Part shown: in pieces, positions 10,733-23,879 of the stretch
Position numbering within the stretch: position 1 is the first letter of the stretch
Layout: each line of letters opens with the position of its first letter
Assembly (NCBI RefSeq): GCF_026210795.1
Contig: NC_089430.1
Location: 4,092,001 to 4,156,000 of the forward strand
Direction of reading: 5' to 3'
Length of the DNA stretch: 64,000 bases
From: Rhizophagus irregularis
Lineage: Eukaryota
Position numbers and translations under genes: made by a program
Notes under the pieces: model-generated
What the model saw: the letters and a program-made list of their open reading frames with translations, nothing else
What the model was told of the DNA's origin: nothing
The model's database searches: none

Positions 10733-13700
10733 CTAAAATAAAAATACGTTGACAAAGTATTCATTTTGGCATTTTGTACGTTGAATTTTGATTCCACAGG
10801 TATAAAATTATATTCATTTATAAGTTTTAATAATGGACAATCGTACTTATACAAATGACGTTGATCATTATAACAAAAATCATACTATCTAACTAGCACA
10901 AGATCAAATGATGAATAATTTTTAATTACAATATTAACCAACATAAGTACCTAAAAAGAAATAAATAGTTAATTTATTTGGCTTAGATATTATATAATAT
11001 ATTCAATAATAAAACAAATAATACTTTTCCAAAACATGTTCCTTCATTGGTATTATAATCTTCAGCTTCTTCAACATTCATATTAATTGAAACATTACTA
11101 AATTCTGGTTCATTATAGTACTTGCTAACTGCTCGAACACAATCTCCACTAGCAGTCATATTTGTATAACTATACCAAGAAATAATTGTATTATTAATAA
11201 TCATCTCCTCGGTTAAATTATCATCTAAATCAAAAAACTCATTTAAAACTATGAGAAATTGGCTTAACGCTAACAAAGCATCAGAAGCAAGACTATTTTT
11301 TTCCTTATAACTATCAAAAAATTCGTCAAAATTTTCTAATGCAAATTTTCCCAATAACCCCTTTAACGATGTGAATTTTTGAGATTTTTTTTGTTTAGTT
11401 TGATGTATCAAGTATTTTAACGTTGTTTTGTGTTGAACCTATAAAATAATTAATTTTTAAATGACATCAAGAATGAATTTAAAAAATACTATACTAACTG
11501 TATTAATAATTTGTCCCATTAGTTCTCGTTTGTTACTTGATCTGTATGGATTTTTGACGTAATCTTTGTGCAAAAACTCGTATGTTTCTGTTGTATAACC
11601 ATTAATTGCACCAAACTCTTCAATTGAATTAATGATGTGATACACCCAATTGTGTAGTTTGGGCAATTTAAGTTCAGATCGGGAATAGTGTTGGAATAGT
11701 TTCACAAATGCTGTTATCCAATCTGTTATTAATTTCTATAATAAATAAAAATCAAATAGTTGAAACAAATGTTTAATTAAAATGATACTTTTTTTAAAAA
11801 ATTACTTTAAATTCTACCAGTTCCGAATTCGTAAAATATTCTTTTCGGCTAAATAAATACATTTTATTCTACCGATAATAAACATTAACCAATGCATTAT
11901 CTTGTTTTTTAGCGTTCTGTTCTTTGCTGTACTTTATTATTAACCCTTCAATTACGAAAAGAAATACTTTTATCATATTATAGTATTCATTTACCGTAAG
12001 GCGCTTAATATTTTCTAATCCATGTTTGAAAATTTTAAGCCCTAGAAATCTAGGAATAGTGGCTAAGCATTTGTCAAGTTCATCAACTGCCACTTGTCCA
12101 CATAGATTTTTCAACATTTCTTGTGTATAAATTACTTGATATTTATACAATCCTAGATCGAGATGATGCATCCTATCTGGGTATGTTGCTAAATATATAT
12201 CAAGTTGACTAAAGAATAATATATAAATAATATAAGGTGGCTAATTCAGTTTTTATTATTATTTAATTAATATATTGTATTAATTTTATCTGTTATAATA
12301 AAATTGACTTACGGATATTTCCAAAAAATATTATTCATGTCATATATCGAATATTGATAAGCGAGGCGTTGATTTACAATATTTTTCATGGTTGTTGGCG
12401 TTCTTAATTCTATTTCATCATTGCTTAATCTTAAATTATTCAAATCTTCTCTAGAAATTAAACATTTATGGTAAGGATATTTACTGTTAATCGAGTATGT
12501 TAACGTTTGTGTAGCATTTTCTGGAAGATCTTCCAACAAGGTAGATATATACGGAAAACACCATATGTCTCCATTATTTGTTTGTAAATCAATGCCCCTA
12601 TCTTTGTATGACAATAGCGGATGCATCATGACATCAAATGCTTTATGAAACAAAGTCTTTTTTGTTAGCAAAAATCTCCTTGATTTTTTTTCCGAAATTG
12701 TTTTTGCTTTTAATATTAGAAGATAACAAAGAAGAACTTTAGCGTCAGGTTTATTATGATGCCAGTTTGGTATATTACCTAAAGTCAAATACACTGGATG
12801 CTCAGATAATTTTCCTATTTGGTCACAAGTTGTAGCATCAGAATAAAGAATTATTGATAAAATATTTGCCGCGTTAAGAAGCGTATTTTGTGTCTTTTCT
12901 CACCATTTTCCATTGAATTGTTCACTATAAATTCTTTGGCCTCAATTGTATAATGGTGTAAATTTAAAGATACAATGTTCAAAAATATCATTATTACTCA
13001 GCAATTCTTTTATAGCATCAAAAATCTGTCGATAGTGAAGGTAGTATGTTTCATTATTATATTTCATTATAGGCACCTTTTTGAAAGAGGTATGTGATTT
13101 TGCTAATTGATCCAAAAACTTTCGGCCTTGTTTCACTGAAGTAGGTAAAACTACATCATCACGAGCAATACTTTTTGAAAATTTAAGTATTTCATTACTA
13201 CAAACATCTGATAGATCCCATTTAACAAGTAAGCTCATAAAATTTCCAAACTCCTTGGACAGAAAGTCTATTTTGTCACTCGTAGTAATATCAATATTTT
13301 GGCAACTGGCAGATATTCCACATCAATTAACTCAAATTCTACGTCCTCCTGTAGTAAACGGACAAAAAGCTTGTTAAAAGCTTATTTTATTGATTTTAAA
13401 TTGTGTTAACTTAATACCTGAATTTTTTCATCTTCATTATCTTCCATTTCTCTTTCATCAACATCATCGTCTTCTAGTACTTCATCTTCTTATACGTCAT
13501 CATCTACATCTTCTTTTATGTTCGTCACTTCCATGTTTATTTCTTTTCCTACATCTACTTCTACATACAGTCAACTCTTGTTATAATGAACCCTAGGTTC
13601 TAGACTTCAACTTCGCTATAAGGCTATAGTGAAGATTTTAAGAGATTTGATTGGTTAATTCGTTATAGCAAGAGGAAATTTGTTATAGTTGTCTAAAAAA

Positions 13701-14038
13701 TTCACTATATCAAGGGTTCGCCATATCAAGGTTTGACTGTACTCTCTTTCTATATATGTTTTCACATTTGTTTCTCTGTCTATATCTATTTCATTATTGT
13801 ACGCCATTTCTTCCTGTTACTCTTGTTGATTAAAACTTTCTTCTGCGTCTTTTAAACGGTACGTTTCACCATCATATTGCTCTTCATCATTATTTTCGTT
13901 TAAGATAATTGTATTATTTCTTTTATTTGCAATTTCTTGCAGATAGCTGTCTATTGTACTGCCGTGAATTTTTATATGATTTCTAAATGCCGTATGACAA
14001 GAAAAGTTTCTTGAACAATAAGAACACTTGAATATCAT
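10733..14038 (-). pseudogene. Plavaka-family transposase with N-terminal C2H2 zinc finger, multi-exon, decayed
   Basis: FKCSYCSRNFSCHTAFRNHIKIH; ILYSDATTCD…HPVYLTLGNIP; DRMHHLDLGL; KLHNWVYH…GYTTETYEFLHKDYVKNPYRSSNK; premature stops, frameshifts, MITE insertion. Confidence 0.85.
13568..13739. mobile_element. Tigger-like MITE, 172 bp, inserted in the Plavaka gene
   Basis: TA|CAGTCAACTCTTGTTATAATGAACCC … GGGTTCGCCATATCAAGGTTTGACTG|TA. Confidence 0.9.
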
Positions 14039-14501
14039 TTTTACGGTAATGTTTTCAAACGAATTTGATAATTCTTAAATTTATTAGTATATTTATGAAA
14101 TTATTAACAAAGGTAAACAATTTATATACAATTAATTATTTAGAAGTAATTTCAACTTGTGATGACAAACTAAAATAATACAATGGTATTTTATTACTTC
14201 AAAGAGGAAATGGGTCTGTTATAATCAAGTGATTTTGAATTTATGATGACATAACGAATTAAGTAAGATATCAAGTGCTAATTTTCAAACTGAAGTGATG
14301 TTTGCTTATTTTATTTATTTGTACTAGTTACAAATACTTTTGCTAATATGCTAACAGTTTTTAGAACATGCTGACGGGTGTGGATTTGGAATTTTTAGAA
14401 AAATAAAAGAATGCCTATTTTTTTGGCTTTCTCTTTTTTATTAAAATCACCATTTCTTTTACCCTATTTTTTATTAATCAAACTATCATTTAGTAACAAT
14501 C

Positions 14502-15012
14502 ATGGTTAAAAGTCGACGTTCTAATAATTCTAAGAAAACTACAAAAAATGCTGAAGTTTCCTCTATGGATTTTATTCTACATCGTCCTAAACGAAAAGAA
14601 ATACAGGTTCTTTATTATATTTGTTAACATTATCGTATTAATTTATTTTTTTCAAAATAATACTAATATAATATTTTTCGTTATTTTATTAGACCTTTGA
14701 TGATGATCAAAGTATTTAATTTAAATTATTGCTATGTTTGTCTATACATTAATTTTATATTAACACATTTTATTTCCATTGAATTAGCTAACGAGGATGA
14801 TAATGTAACTAAATCTCCTGCAGGCTCACCTTCATCATCATTGGAGTCTTCAAAACAAACAAAAAAGCTTTATCTTGATTTTGATGATGCAATTATGCCA
14901 GATTTAGTCCCACGAATTGTAATTGAAGATAATGAAAGGAATTCGTCTGCAGAAAAAACAATTCTTCATGAATCTGCTATTTCTCCAGAAGTAATTTCAA
15001 GATCAAGCGTTA
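14502..15012 (+). pseudogene. 5' exons of a divergent gene next to the Plavaka transposase (unknown function, truncated)
   Basis: ATG 14502 MVKSRRSNNSKKTTKNAEVSSMDFILHRPKRKEIQ, two short GT-AG introns, then …NEDDNVTKSPAGSPSSS…; cut off by tandem repeat. Confidence 0.5.
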
Positions 15013-15605
15013 GTAAATTGTGGTTTCATTCTAATTTGATTAATTCATTGAAATATTTTAACTATAATATTACGCAGGTTTACAGTCTCGTAAATTTTCA
15101 AAATATTTCAACTGTAATATTACGCAGATTTACAGTCTCGTAAATTTTCAAAATATTTCAACTGTAATATTATGCAGGTTTACAGTCTTGTAAATTTTCA
15201 AAATATTTTAACTGTAATATTACGCAGGTTTATAGTAGGACCCTGGAAAATGCTTATATATGTAAAAGTACCGAGTCTTGCCTAAACATAGTAAAGTTTT
15301 ATGATGTAAGAATTTTATAATGCTTAATTTTAAGAAAATTTTATACTATGTAAGATAATTAAATTGCATATTTTTGGTATTATTTTAAAATACTAAAAAT
15401 TTTTAGTTGCTTATTTTTCATATTTATATAACTTTTTAAAATATTATATATTGAATTTATAATTAATTTTTATTTTATTTTCACTAACGGTGAGTGTTAA
15501 TTTTGTACTACATTTCACAATTTTATATAAATACATAAACAAAAATTTTTTTTTGATGAAATTTCATTTTTTTTTTTCAATGTTTTATTAATTATCTGTC
15601 AATAG

Positions 15606-17320
15606 TAGAGTTTCGAACCAGATTTATTTTTTAAATCTGAATTAGATACGAATAAATCCGGTTTCCTTTGGTTCAATCTGGATATAATAAATCCAGTTTC
15701 CTTCAGTTAATCTGGATATAATAAATCCGGTTTCCTTCAGTTAATCCGAATATAATAAATCTGGTTTAATTTCAGCCAGTATTATTTATTAAATTTTAAA
15801 TAAAACAAATAATTTACGCAGGGGCATTGCAAAGCACTCCTATTACGTCATTTACATGGTAAGTTTTGATTAGTTATTTGTTTAATAATATTTCTTTTGC
15901 AACGTTTCTAACAAACTGAAACTTTTTTTTCTCACCATTAGACACGAATCCAGGCTGCTAAGTGGGGAAGGGAGGATTGGACACAAGCCCTTTAGACGCG
16001 AACCATGGGAAGGAGTTAGAGAAGGGAAATTTCTTACAGTCGTTTTTGTCAATAAATTTCATTTTTGACATAATTCAGTTTTTATATAATGTAACAGTTC
16101 TGTTCATATTGATTTTTACAATCGTAATGTTAGTAAATTTTACAATTTTTTTTTGTTAATAACATGCATTTTTCTTTATTTAATTAATAAACCTAAAACA
16201 AATACATAATAGCAACGTTCTAAGACATATATTTACTAACTAAATCATAGTTAAAACTGAATCCAACTAAGCTACTGATAATTGACTTGATTATTAATTC
16301 TATAATTAAAGAAAAACTTATTTCCCCTCTTTGTTTATGCTATAAAACCTTCCAAAAAAAGCTATAAAGAAGAAATAACTAAAACTATATTAAAAAAATT
16401 ATTACAAGAAATAAATAAAATCAAAAAAAAAAATTAATAAAAATGAGAAGGGAGTAAAAAAAGATGGTAGTGAATGAAAGAAAGTAAAAATAAGCAAAGA
16501 AAATGCAAAGAACAAAAAAAAAGTAAAAAGGAGATAAAAAAAGTAATAGGTAATAAAAAAAAAGTAAAAATGGAGCATAAAAATGAAAAAAGTATAATAA
16601 TAGGAAGACAAAAAGAGTGAATAAAATAATTAAAAACAAATAATAATTGACTGACACCACCCATTAAAATAAAGAGAAAAAGAAAAAAAACTGGTTAATA
16701 TCTTTTAAATAAAGGAAAGCAATAGAAAACAAGAAAGACAGAGTAGCAGACATACCTTAAATAAAAATCTTACCTTAAATTGTTTTAAAAAATGTCAAGT
16801 TACAAAAAGCAAAAAATAAAAAAAGAAGCCTTACCATTTTTACCCAATCAATAAATGGAATAAATATCAAAAAATATCAAATTTGCAGGATAAGTAATTC
16901 GGGCAGAAGTTTCATACGCAGCCATACGCTGATACGTAATTGATCATCATAATTCTGGCCAAATTATAAATTTGACCAGAATTATAATTTCCATTTTAGG
17001 AAATTGATGTTACACAAATTCGAAAAAGGAAATTTTCATTTTTTAGAAAAATCAAAATTTGTAGAATGGCTATCGCCAAAAAAGGATATGATAGGCATAG
17101 CCGTAGTTATAATTCTGGCCAAAATTATAATTTGGCCGGAATTACTGCCGATCAATAATAAAACTGAATAAAACCGAATATAATAAATCTGAATGAAACG
17201 AATAAAACCAGATATAATAAATCTGGATGAAACCGAAGCAACCAAATCTCTCCGGGTTTAAATCTGAACCGGGTGAATCTGGATTTAAATCCGAATGTCG
17301 AAGGTCAGATCCAAACTCTA
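15606..17320. mobile_element. Non-autonomous hAT-type element
   Basis: TAGAGTTT…AAACTCTA termini; perfect 8-bp TSD GTCAATAG (15598-15605, 17321-17328); subterminal GATATAATAAATC repeats. Confidence 0.9.
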
Positions 17321-17604
17321 GTCAATAGTATCTTTTTAATTTTTATTAAACTCAGTGTATTATTTTTAATATAAAATTACTATATTATACATGTTTATTT
17401 TGTTAAATAATCTGAACGATATAAATGATCCTAACACGTGGACACAGTACAAACTCCAGGTCCCCATATATGCGTACATGGATGATACGATATTTCTAGA
17501 ATTGTCAAAGTATAGGATGCAAAAGATAGTGGATATAGCGAATGAGTTTTACTTGATTAATGACATTAATATCAACGCCAAAAAGTCAGAGCTGATAATT
17601 ATCA

Positions 17605-19397
17605 CATATGTGCCAATTTTTGGAATTAGTCTAAATTAAGATTTTTATAAAAATTTATATTTTAGTAAGATTAACATTACACAAATCTAAATTAAATATG
17701 TGTTACATATTTACGTAACTCAGATTTAATAAAAAATAAAAAAAATTTTTTTAATAAATATTTAAAAATAACGGTAATAACCACTTCTTTTTCCCCATCA
17801 CTCCCATCACTTTTCCATCATTTTTCTATTCACTTTTATTAAATATGACAAAAAAGTTTATAAGCAAATATAGCAGTTATTTTTAAGTGGTAAGTAAAAG
17901 AAAAAACTTAATATTTTATATACATAGATAAGACATATTTTTTTATAATTTTTAGCTTTAATTTATTGTTTTTTCTTTTGTAAAAAATACATGCAAATAA
18001 AAAATAATTATGATGTAAAATAGTTGTAAAATGAATAATAAGATATTTTTTTTTTTCAAAATAACTAATTATATATTTGTTTTTTATCTTTTAAAATTAT
18101 TTTATTAGATTTATTCTACTAAAATCCTTAAATGGCAAATAAAATCTTTTAAATAAAGTAAAAGAATTTGGGATTCTCTTATGAAAGCATTTTTTGGTAA
18201 GAAAAAAAATTTTCAGATCGGACTTTATGCAGGTGACAAAATCGTGCATTATTATTCCTGGAGATATGCTAACGTCATCATTTTACATTCATTTGAAAGC
18301 TGAGAATTTGCTCTATCGTAAGAATCAAAGATCAGGAAAATTGGATCACTGGATGAGGCGTAATTAATGATCAAAGTCAAATCAAATTTAAAAATTAAAA
18401 ATAAATATATTAGATGTAATTATTCACAATCCAGTGATTCAATTCATTCGATTTTAGGCTTATTAGATAGACCTCAATTTTCTCTTTCAAATGAATATAA
18501 TTTCATTTGTGTAGCTTGCATCTACAGGTATTTAATAAATTTTTTTATATCAGATTTTATCAAACTTATAAAATTTTATATTAATAATATAATTGATGAT
18601 TCCTAAACATCTACCGTATATCGCGGGCCATAGTACAACCCCTATGCATAGTACCCCCCTTGAAAAATTTCATAGAATTGTATAGTACCCGGGGGATATT
18701 TACAATTATCTCGTGATCTAGTGATCAGATTTGAGCCATCATTTTTTTGTTTGATAGCACTCATTGAGCTCTTCAAAATAAAAAAAAGATCGTTCAAATT
18801 GGACTGGTAGATCGTGAGATATTCGCAAAAAACAGAATTTTTAGGCTTTGTTTAGTACCCGGGGGTACAGGGTCAAACCCCGATTTTTGCAAGATACCCA
18901 GGGTACTGTGGCCCGCTATATACGGTACATATATTAAACGAATTATTTTAAATTTATTTTAAAGATAAAAGTTGGCATCACCTTAGGGAGCAAAGATCAT
19001 TCAAATTGAATCACTACATGTGAAGTAATTAATGATCAAATTTAGATAAAATTCAATAAATATACTGAACGTGATTACTGAACAACTAGTGATTCAATTC
19101 ACTTGATTTTAGATTCATTAGATAGATCTCGATTTTCTCTTTCAAATGAATGTAAATTTATTTGTATAGCTTATTTTTACGAAGAATTATCAATGATTTT
19201 GTCATGAGAGTTATATTTGATCTTTTAAATTTTAATGATATCTTATATTAAAAAAAAATTAAAAATTATATAATTAATTAGTTTTTTTTGCATTATCTAG
19301 TATAAATTTATTATTCTTATATAAATGATAATTTATATTTGCTTTAATAAAATTATTTTTATATAAAAAAATTAGATTCCAAGGATCGGCCCATATG
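17605..19397. mobile_element. Non-autonomous TIR element inserted in the LINE RT domain
   Basis: TIRs CATATGTGCCAATTTTTGGAAT vs rc CATATGGGCCGATCCTTGGAAT; RT KSELIII resumes NPTVEKQ after it; no clean TSD. Confidence 0.8.
18614..18925. mobile_element. pogo/Tc2-like MITE (CCGTA termini, TA TSD)
   Basis: TA|CCGTATATCGCGGGCCATAGTAC … GTACTGTGGCCCGCTATATACGG|TA. Confidence 0.9.
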
Positions 19398-22300
19398 AAT
19401 CCGACAGTGGAAAAGCAAGAACAAAACATAGAACTGGGTAGGGACCGTTCAATAGTTCAAGCTACGAATAATGAAATAAGATATCTCGGTGTTTGGTTTT
19501 CTAACAAACCAAGCAGATGACGATGGATGCAACGTCTGTTCACGATAGTCAATGAATTTTGTAATACAGTCCGAAGGAAATTTGTTCTAGCGGGCCAATG
19601 TATATATTTAATTAATAGAGTGTTGATATCCAGATTAATATATATAGCTCAAATCATGATATTGACAGAACATGATTGGAACTAAGTATTCGCCCCGATA
19701 ATGAAGTTAGTAAAAACTGGTTGAAACTACCTAAAAACACACCATCATCGTTATTATTTTATGAAGGGGGATTCGGTATGGACCATCCATGGAAACACTA
19801 TTGCATTAACAATATAATAGATCTAACGATTAGATTAAATAGTGATTCACACGCGGCAACATCAACACAAATCAGACTTAAAGACACGCAGCTTAAATCA
19901 CTCATTACTGATCCGATTTTTGACTGTGATCTTAATGTAATGCACTAGATAAAACCACAAACTCAGAAAAACATTTCATTTAACGCTTTGGTAATAACAA
20001 AAACTCTTGATATGTCAATGGCAGTAGATCCGATTGACAAATCAAATTGGAGCATTACAGGAGGGAAAGAGCCAATACTGAAATTTTTTAAACAGTTTTA
20101 GCTTACGAAATACATATATAGAATCAATCAAAGCGTACATTACCCAATATTTTACATTGATCAATTATTTATTAGGAGAACATATCTTATGACATGGAAA
20201 TAATACCATAGATTAGCATTACTTCTGGTACAAGGAAGAACAGCTAGATGGTACCGTGATGTGGCTCATTTATGCACATCCAGAATAGATAATCTAATAG
20301 TATCAAACGAACTGGAGATTACCAAAGTTAACCATTGGCCCTTTTTACAAGATATCATACCAGATGCACGCCGAAAACAAGCTATTTTTATACAGGAATC
20401 ATCAGCGGAATCAAATGTATGGACAATAGGTAAAGTTAATAAAATACGCCGCCATAAAAAAGGGATTTTAGTGAACTATCACCCAGGATACAATGATAAT
20501 GGAATCATTAAATGGCAGAACATGGGAAGATCTATTACGGCTGAATGTTGCAAGGTGGTGATATTAGATAAAGTCCCTAATAAACAGGGATGGAATTTCC
20601 CTTATGAATAGATAAATTCGAACCAATTAGACGCATCAATACCCAACAATAACCTACCATCATCAGCACTAGATCCCATAATCATCCTATCATCGGTTCA
20701 AGACATATGGATTCATAGGTGGATAGAAGATGACAAACTGAAATCGCGATTAATGGATATTAGAAATATACTGGCAGAGAGATCATTGGTAGATTACTAC
20801 ACAGATGGATCACTCACACCAAGCACTCCCACAACAATGGGTAAATAAAATCCCAACTTAGTGTATACAAATATGGGTGCGACATTTTGTGTCAATAATG
20901 AACCACACCTATCAGCCCAAGCAAATTTATCGCTATGGCCTTCATCCACAAGATCGGAATTGGTGGCAATTTTTATGGCACTACTCACAGCCCCAATGAA
21001 TGCAATAATCAATATCTACACAGATAGTCAAAATGCCATTTGCATGATCAATAATCATCATAATAAATCGGGCAGGAAATTATTGAAGCAGACAAATTCC
21101 TTAATCCTACTTAAAATTAACATTCTTTTACAAGAAAAAAAGATGGAACTGATATTAGAGAAAGTTAAGAGATATAGTGGAGATGCTATGAATGAAATGG
21201 CAGATGAATTAGCCAAGAGCACAGGCAATAGCAACCATTATTTCAACAACAGATTTAATTATAGTAATAGAACAGTTAGATTTTTCCCAATTTTCAAATA
21301 GATACCAATTGAATATAATTTAAGGAAGTTTATTAAGACCCTAATGAATCCGAGAGTGGAGCAGAATGGTCGATACTTAAAACAAATGAATATGAAACAC
21401 CAATTGACTGGAACATAACTTGGAATTTAATTCATAGATACAAAGGATTCAACTGTATTTCAGTTAAAAAGCATTGGCATCTAATATTTATTACTAAATT
21501 ATTTGCTAAACTTCTTCCTATAGGTACTATTCTACTCCAAAGAAAGCCAGATATATACAAGGATTTTGTTTGAGCAAGATGTAATGCTAACAAAGAAGAA
21601 AGCAGATATCATTTTATTGAATGTGATGCTAATAAGAAACTATGGCCTATAATTAAAAACAAAATGCAAAATGATTTAGTTCCTATAATTCAAAAATTAA
21701 ATGATTCGCCAGAGAACACATCCAAGATTATAAGTGAAAAATTAAATCAAATACTAGGATCACAACATGATAACAATAAGTTTACTGACTTCTACTTACT
21801 GGCTTTAGAAGCTAAGATTAACACTAATTTTTCCAAAATTTCAAAACAGACATTTGGATTATCAGAATCAAAAACATTTTACTTCTGGCCTCCCTCTTAG
21901 ACTCATTTATTATTCATTTTAAAGAATTAATTTGGCTACCAAAATGTAATGCTACTGTGGCATGGGAAAAGGCAAGAAATATTGGAAGAAAAGATAAACT
22001 AAATAGATCTGAAAATATGGATCGCTATTACAAATCCTCACATCAAAATTCTAAACATCTAAGACAGGATAAACAATACCTAAAAGAGAACAATTTAATA
22101 GATTCACAGGAAGATCAGATTGTAGTACTGGATGATATTCCAATTGAACAGAAGTCAGTGCAGTCAGAAACTTCATTAAATGAAAATCCCATTTTATCAA
22201 AGTTCCATAGGGTGGGGAAAAAAAGCACATGATCAAATGTGCTTGTTAATTAGTAACAATTGGTGGTACAGTTGGGCTTATAAGAAAACAAAAAAAATTA

Positions 22301-23879
22301 TTAACAATGTTGTGATAGACTTAGAAACAATATGACTAAGCCTATTGGGAATTTATTGTGAATTTATTTTGGGATTATTTAATCAATTTTAAAGCATATT
22401 CTAAATTGTATTATTTAATTTTTAATATTTAATCTTTTATTCCTATTTTATTTTATTTTATTTTATTTTGTACTTTTAAATTTAGTTTTCTATATTTGTA
22501 TATAATTTACTTTATATTTATTGTTATTTTACTTTTACTTTTATTTTTATTCTTTATTTTATTTTATTTTATTTTACTTATTTTGATAGCATTTTGATGA
22601 TCGCATCCTACTGGGTGGATATAGCTCATGATAATTTGTTTGTATGGTATATAAACTTAATATCAATAAAGCATATATAGATCATTAAAAAAAAAAAAAA
22701 AATATTTTGTTAAATAGTAAAATTACTATAAATATGTTTTACTTTAAATATAATTTCAATACTCACCACTTTGGTTATATCAAATTATCTTTTATGCTTA
22801 AGTAAGTTTGTTCAGCAAGTTAAATCTACTTGTATTTTAATTTTCATAAGGCTAAGTATGATATTTATATAGAAAAGCATATTTTTTTTAACGGTAATAA
22901 CTTTTAAATTTTTCACTTTTTCGTTTATAACTTCAGAGCGTAATTACACCACTTCAGTCAAATGAAATCGACTTTCTAAATTAATTGAAAGTTGTTCAGC
23001 AAGGTCGAAACTACTCATAAATTAATTTTCATGAGTGTGGGTATAATACTTATGGAGAAAAGTGCATTTTTCATAACGGTACTAACTTCCGAATTTTTCA
23101 TTTCTCCGTTTACAACTTCAGAGCGTAATTACACCTCTTTGGTCAAATGAAATCGACTTTCTAAATTAATTGAGAATTGTTCAGCAAGGTCGAAACTACC
23201 TACATATTAATTTTTATGGGTGTAAGTATAATACTTATGGAGAAATTTACATTTTTTGTAATAGTATTAATTTCGAATTTTTCTTTTACTGTTTATTAAC
23301 TTTATTAATTGAATATTGTTAATCTACTTGTATATTATGTTTAGTTTAGCTTCACAACATATTTAAAATTGGATTTAATAAAATATATTAATTAATAAAT
23401 ATATTTTATAAATTATATGTATTATAATAAAAATTTAATTAGGTTAGAAGATTGATTTGCTTATTTTTATATAATTTTTAAGGTTAGATATCAACAATGC
23501 TTAGCGATCATAGTAAAAACCTATGCTTAGAGCTACTAATAAAAAATATTTTCGGGACTTTACCTATATAAGTATTTTCCGGGGTCCTTTTACAGTCTTG
23601 TAAATTTTCAAAATATTTTAACCGTAATATTACATAGATTTACAGTCTTGTAAATTTGTAGAATATTTTGACCATAATATTGCGTAAATCTTACGATATT
23701 GAAAACTTGTGTAATATTTTAACCATAATATCACATAAATCTTACGAAATTGTAAATTTACGTAATATTTTGAAATTTTTCAAAATATTATGCCATAAAC
23801 TTTCATAAACTTACAAAATCATAAACTTATGCAATTTTTCATGCTATAAAATTTTCTGATAATTTTTTTATAAAAATAA

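Larger units (their letters stand above)
17410..22702 (+). mobile_element. 5'-truncated non-LTR retrotransposon (RT, RNase H, Cys/His zinc-binding motif), decayed
   Basis: AYMDDT RT motif, IRYLGVWF, RNase H YTDGS…RSELVAI…IYTDSQ…NEMADELAK; A16 tail 22687-22702; 14-bp TSD TATTTTGTTAAATA (17396-17409, 22703-22716); many stops. Confidence 0.92.
15237..23588. mobile_element. AGGACCC-family TIR element with nested insertions
   Basis: TIRs AGGACCCTGGAAAATGCTTATATATGTAAA vs rc AGGACCCCGGAAAATACTTATATAGGTAAA; 8-bp TSD TTTA(T/C)AGT at 15229-15236 and 23589-23596. Confidence 0.9.
15050..23800. repeat. ~50 bp tandem repeat split by the 15237-23588 insertion (repeat occupies 15050-15236 and 23589-~23800)
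   Basis: Unit TTTACAGTCTCGTAAATTTTCAAAATATTTCAACTGTAATATTACGCAGG on both sides of the insertion. Confidence 0.8.

Noticed and set aside
16402..16664. Three overlapping hydrophobic ORFs
   Set aside because: Antisense reading of a purine tract
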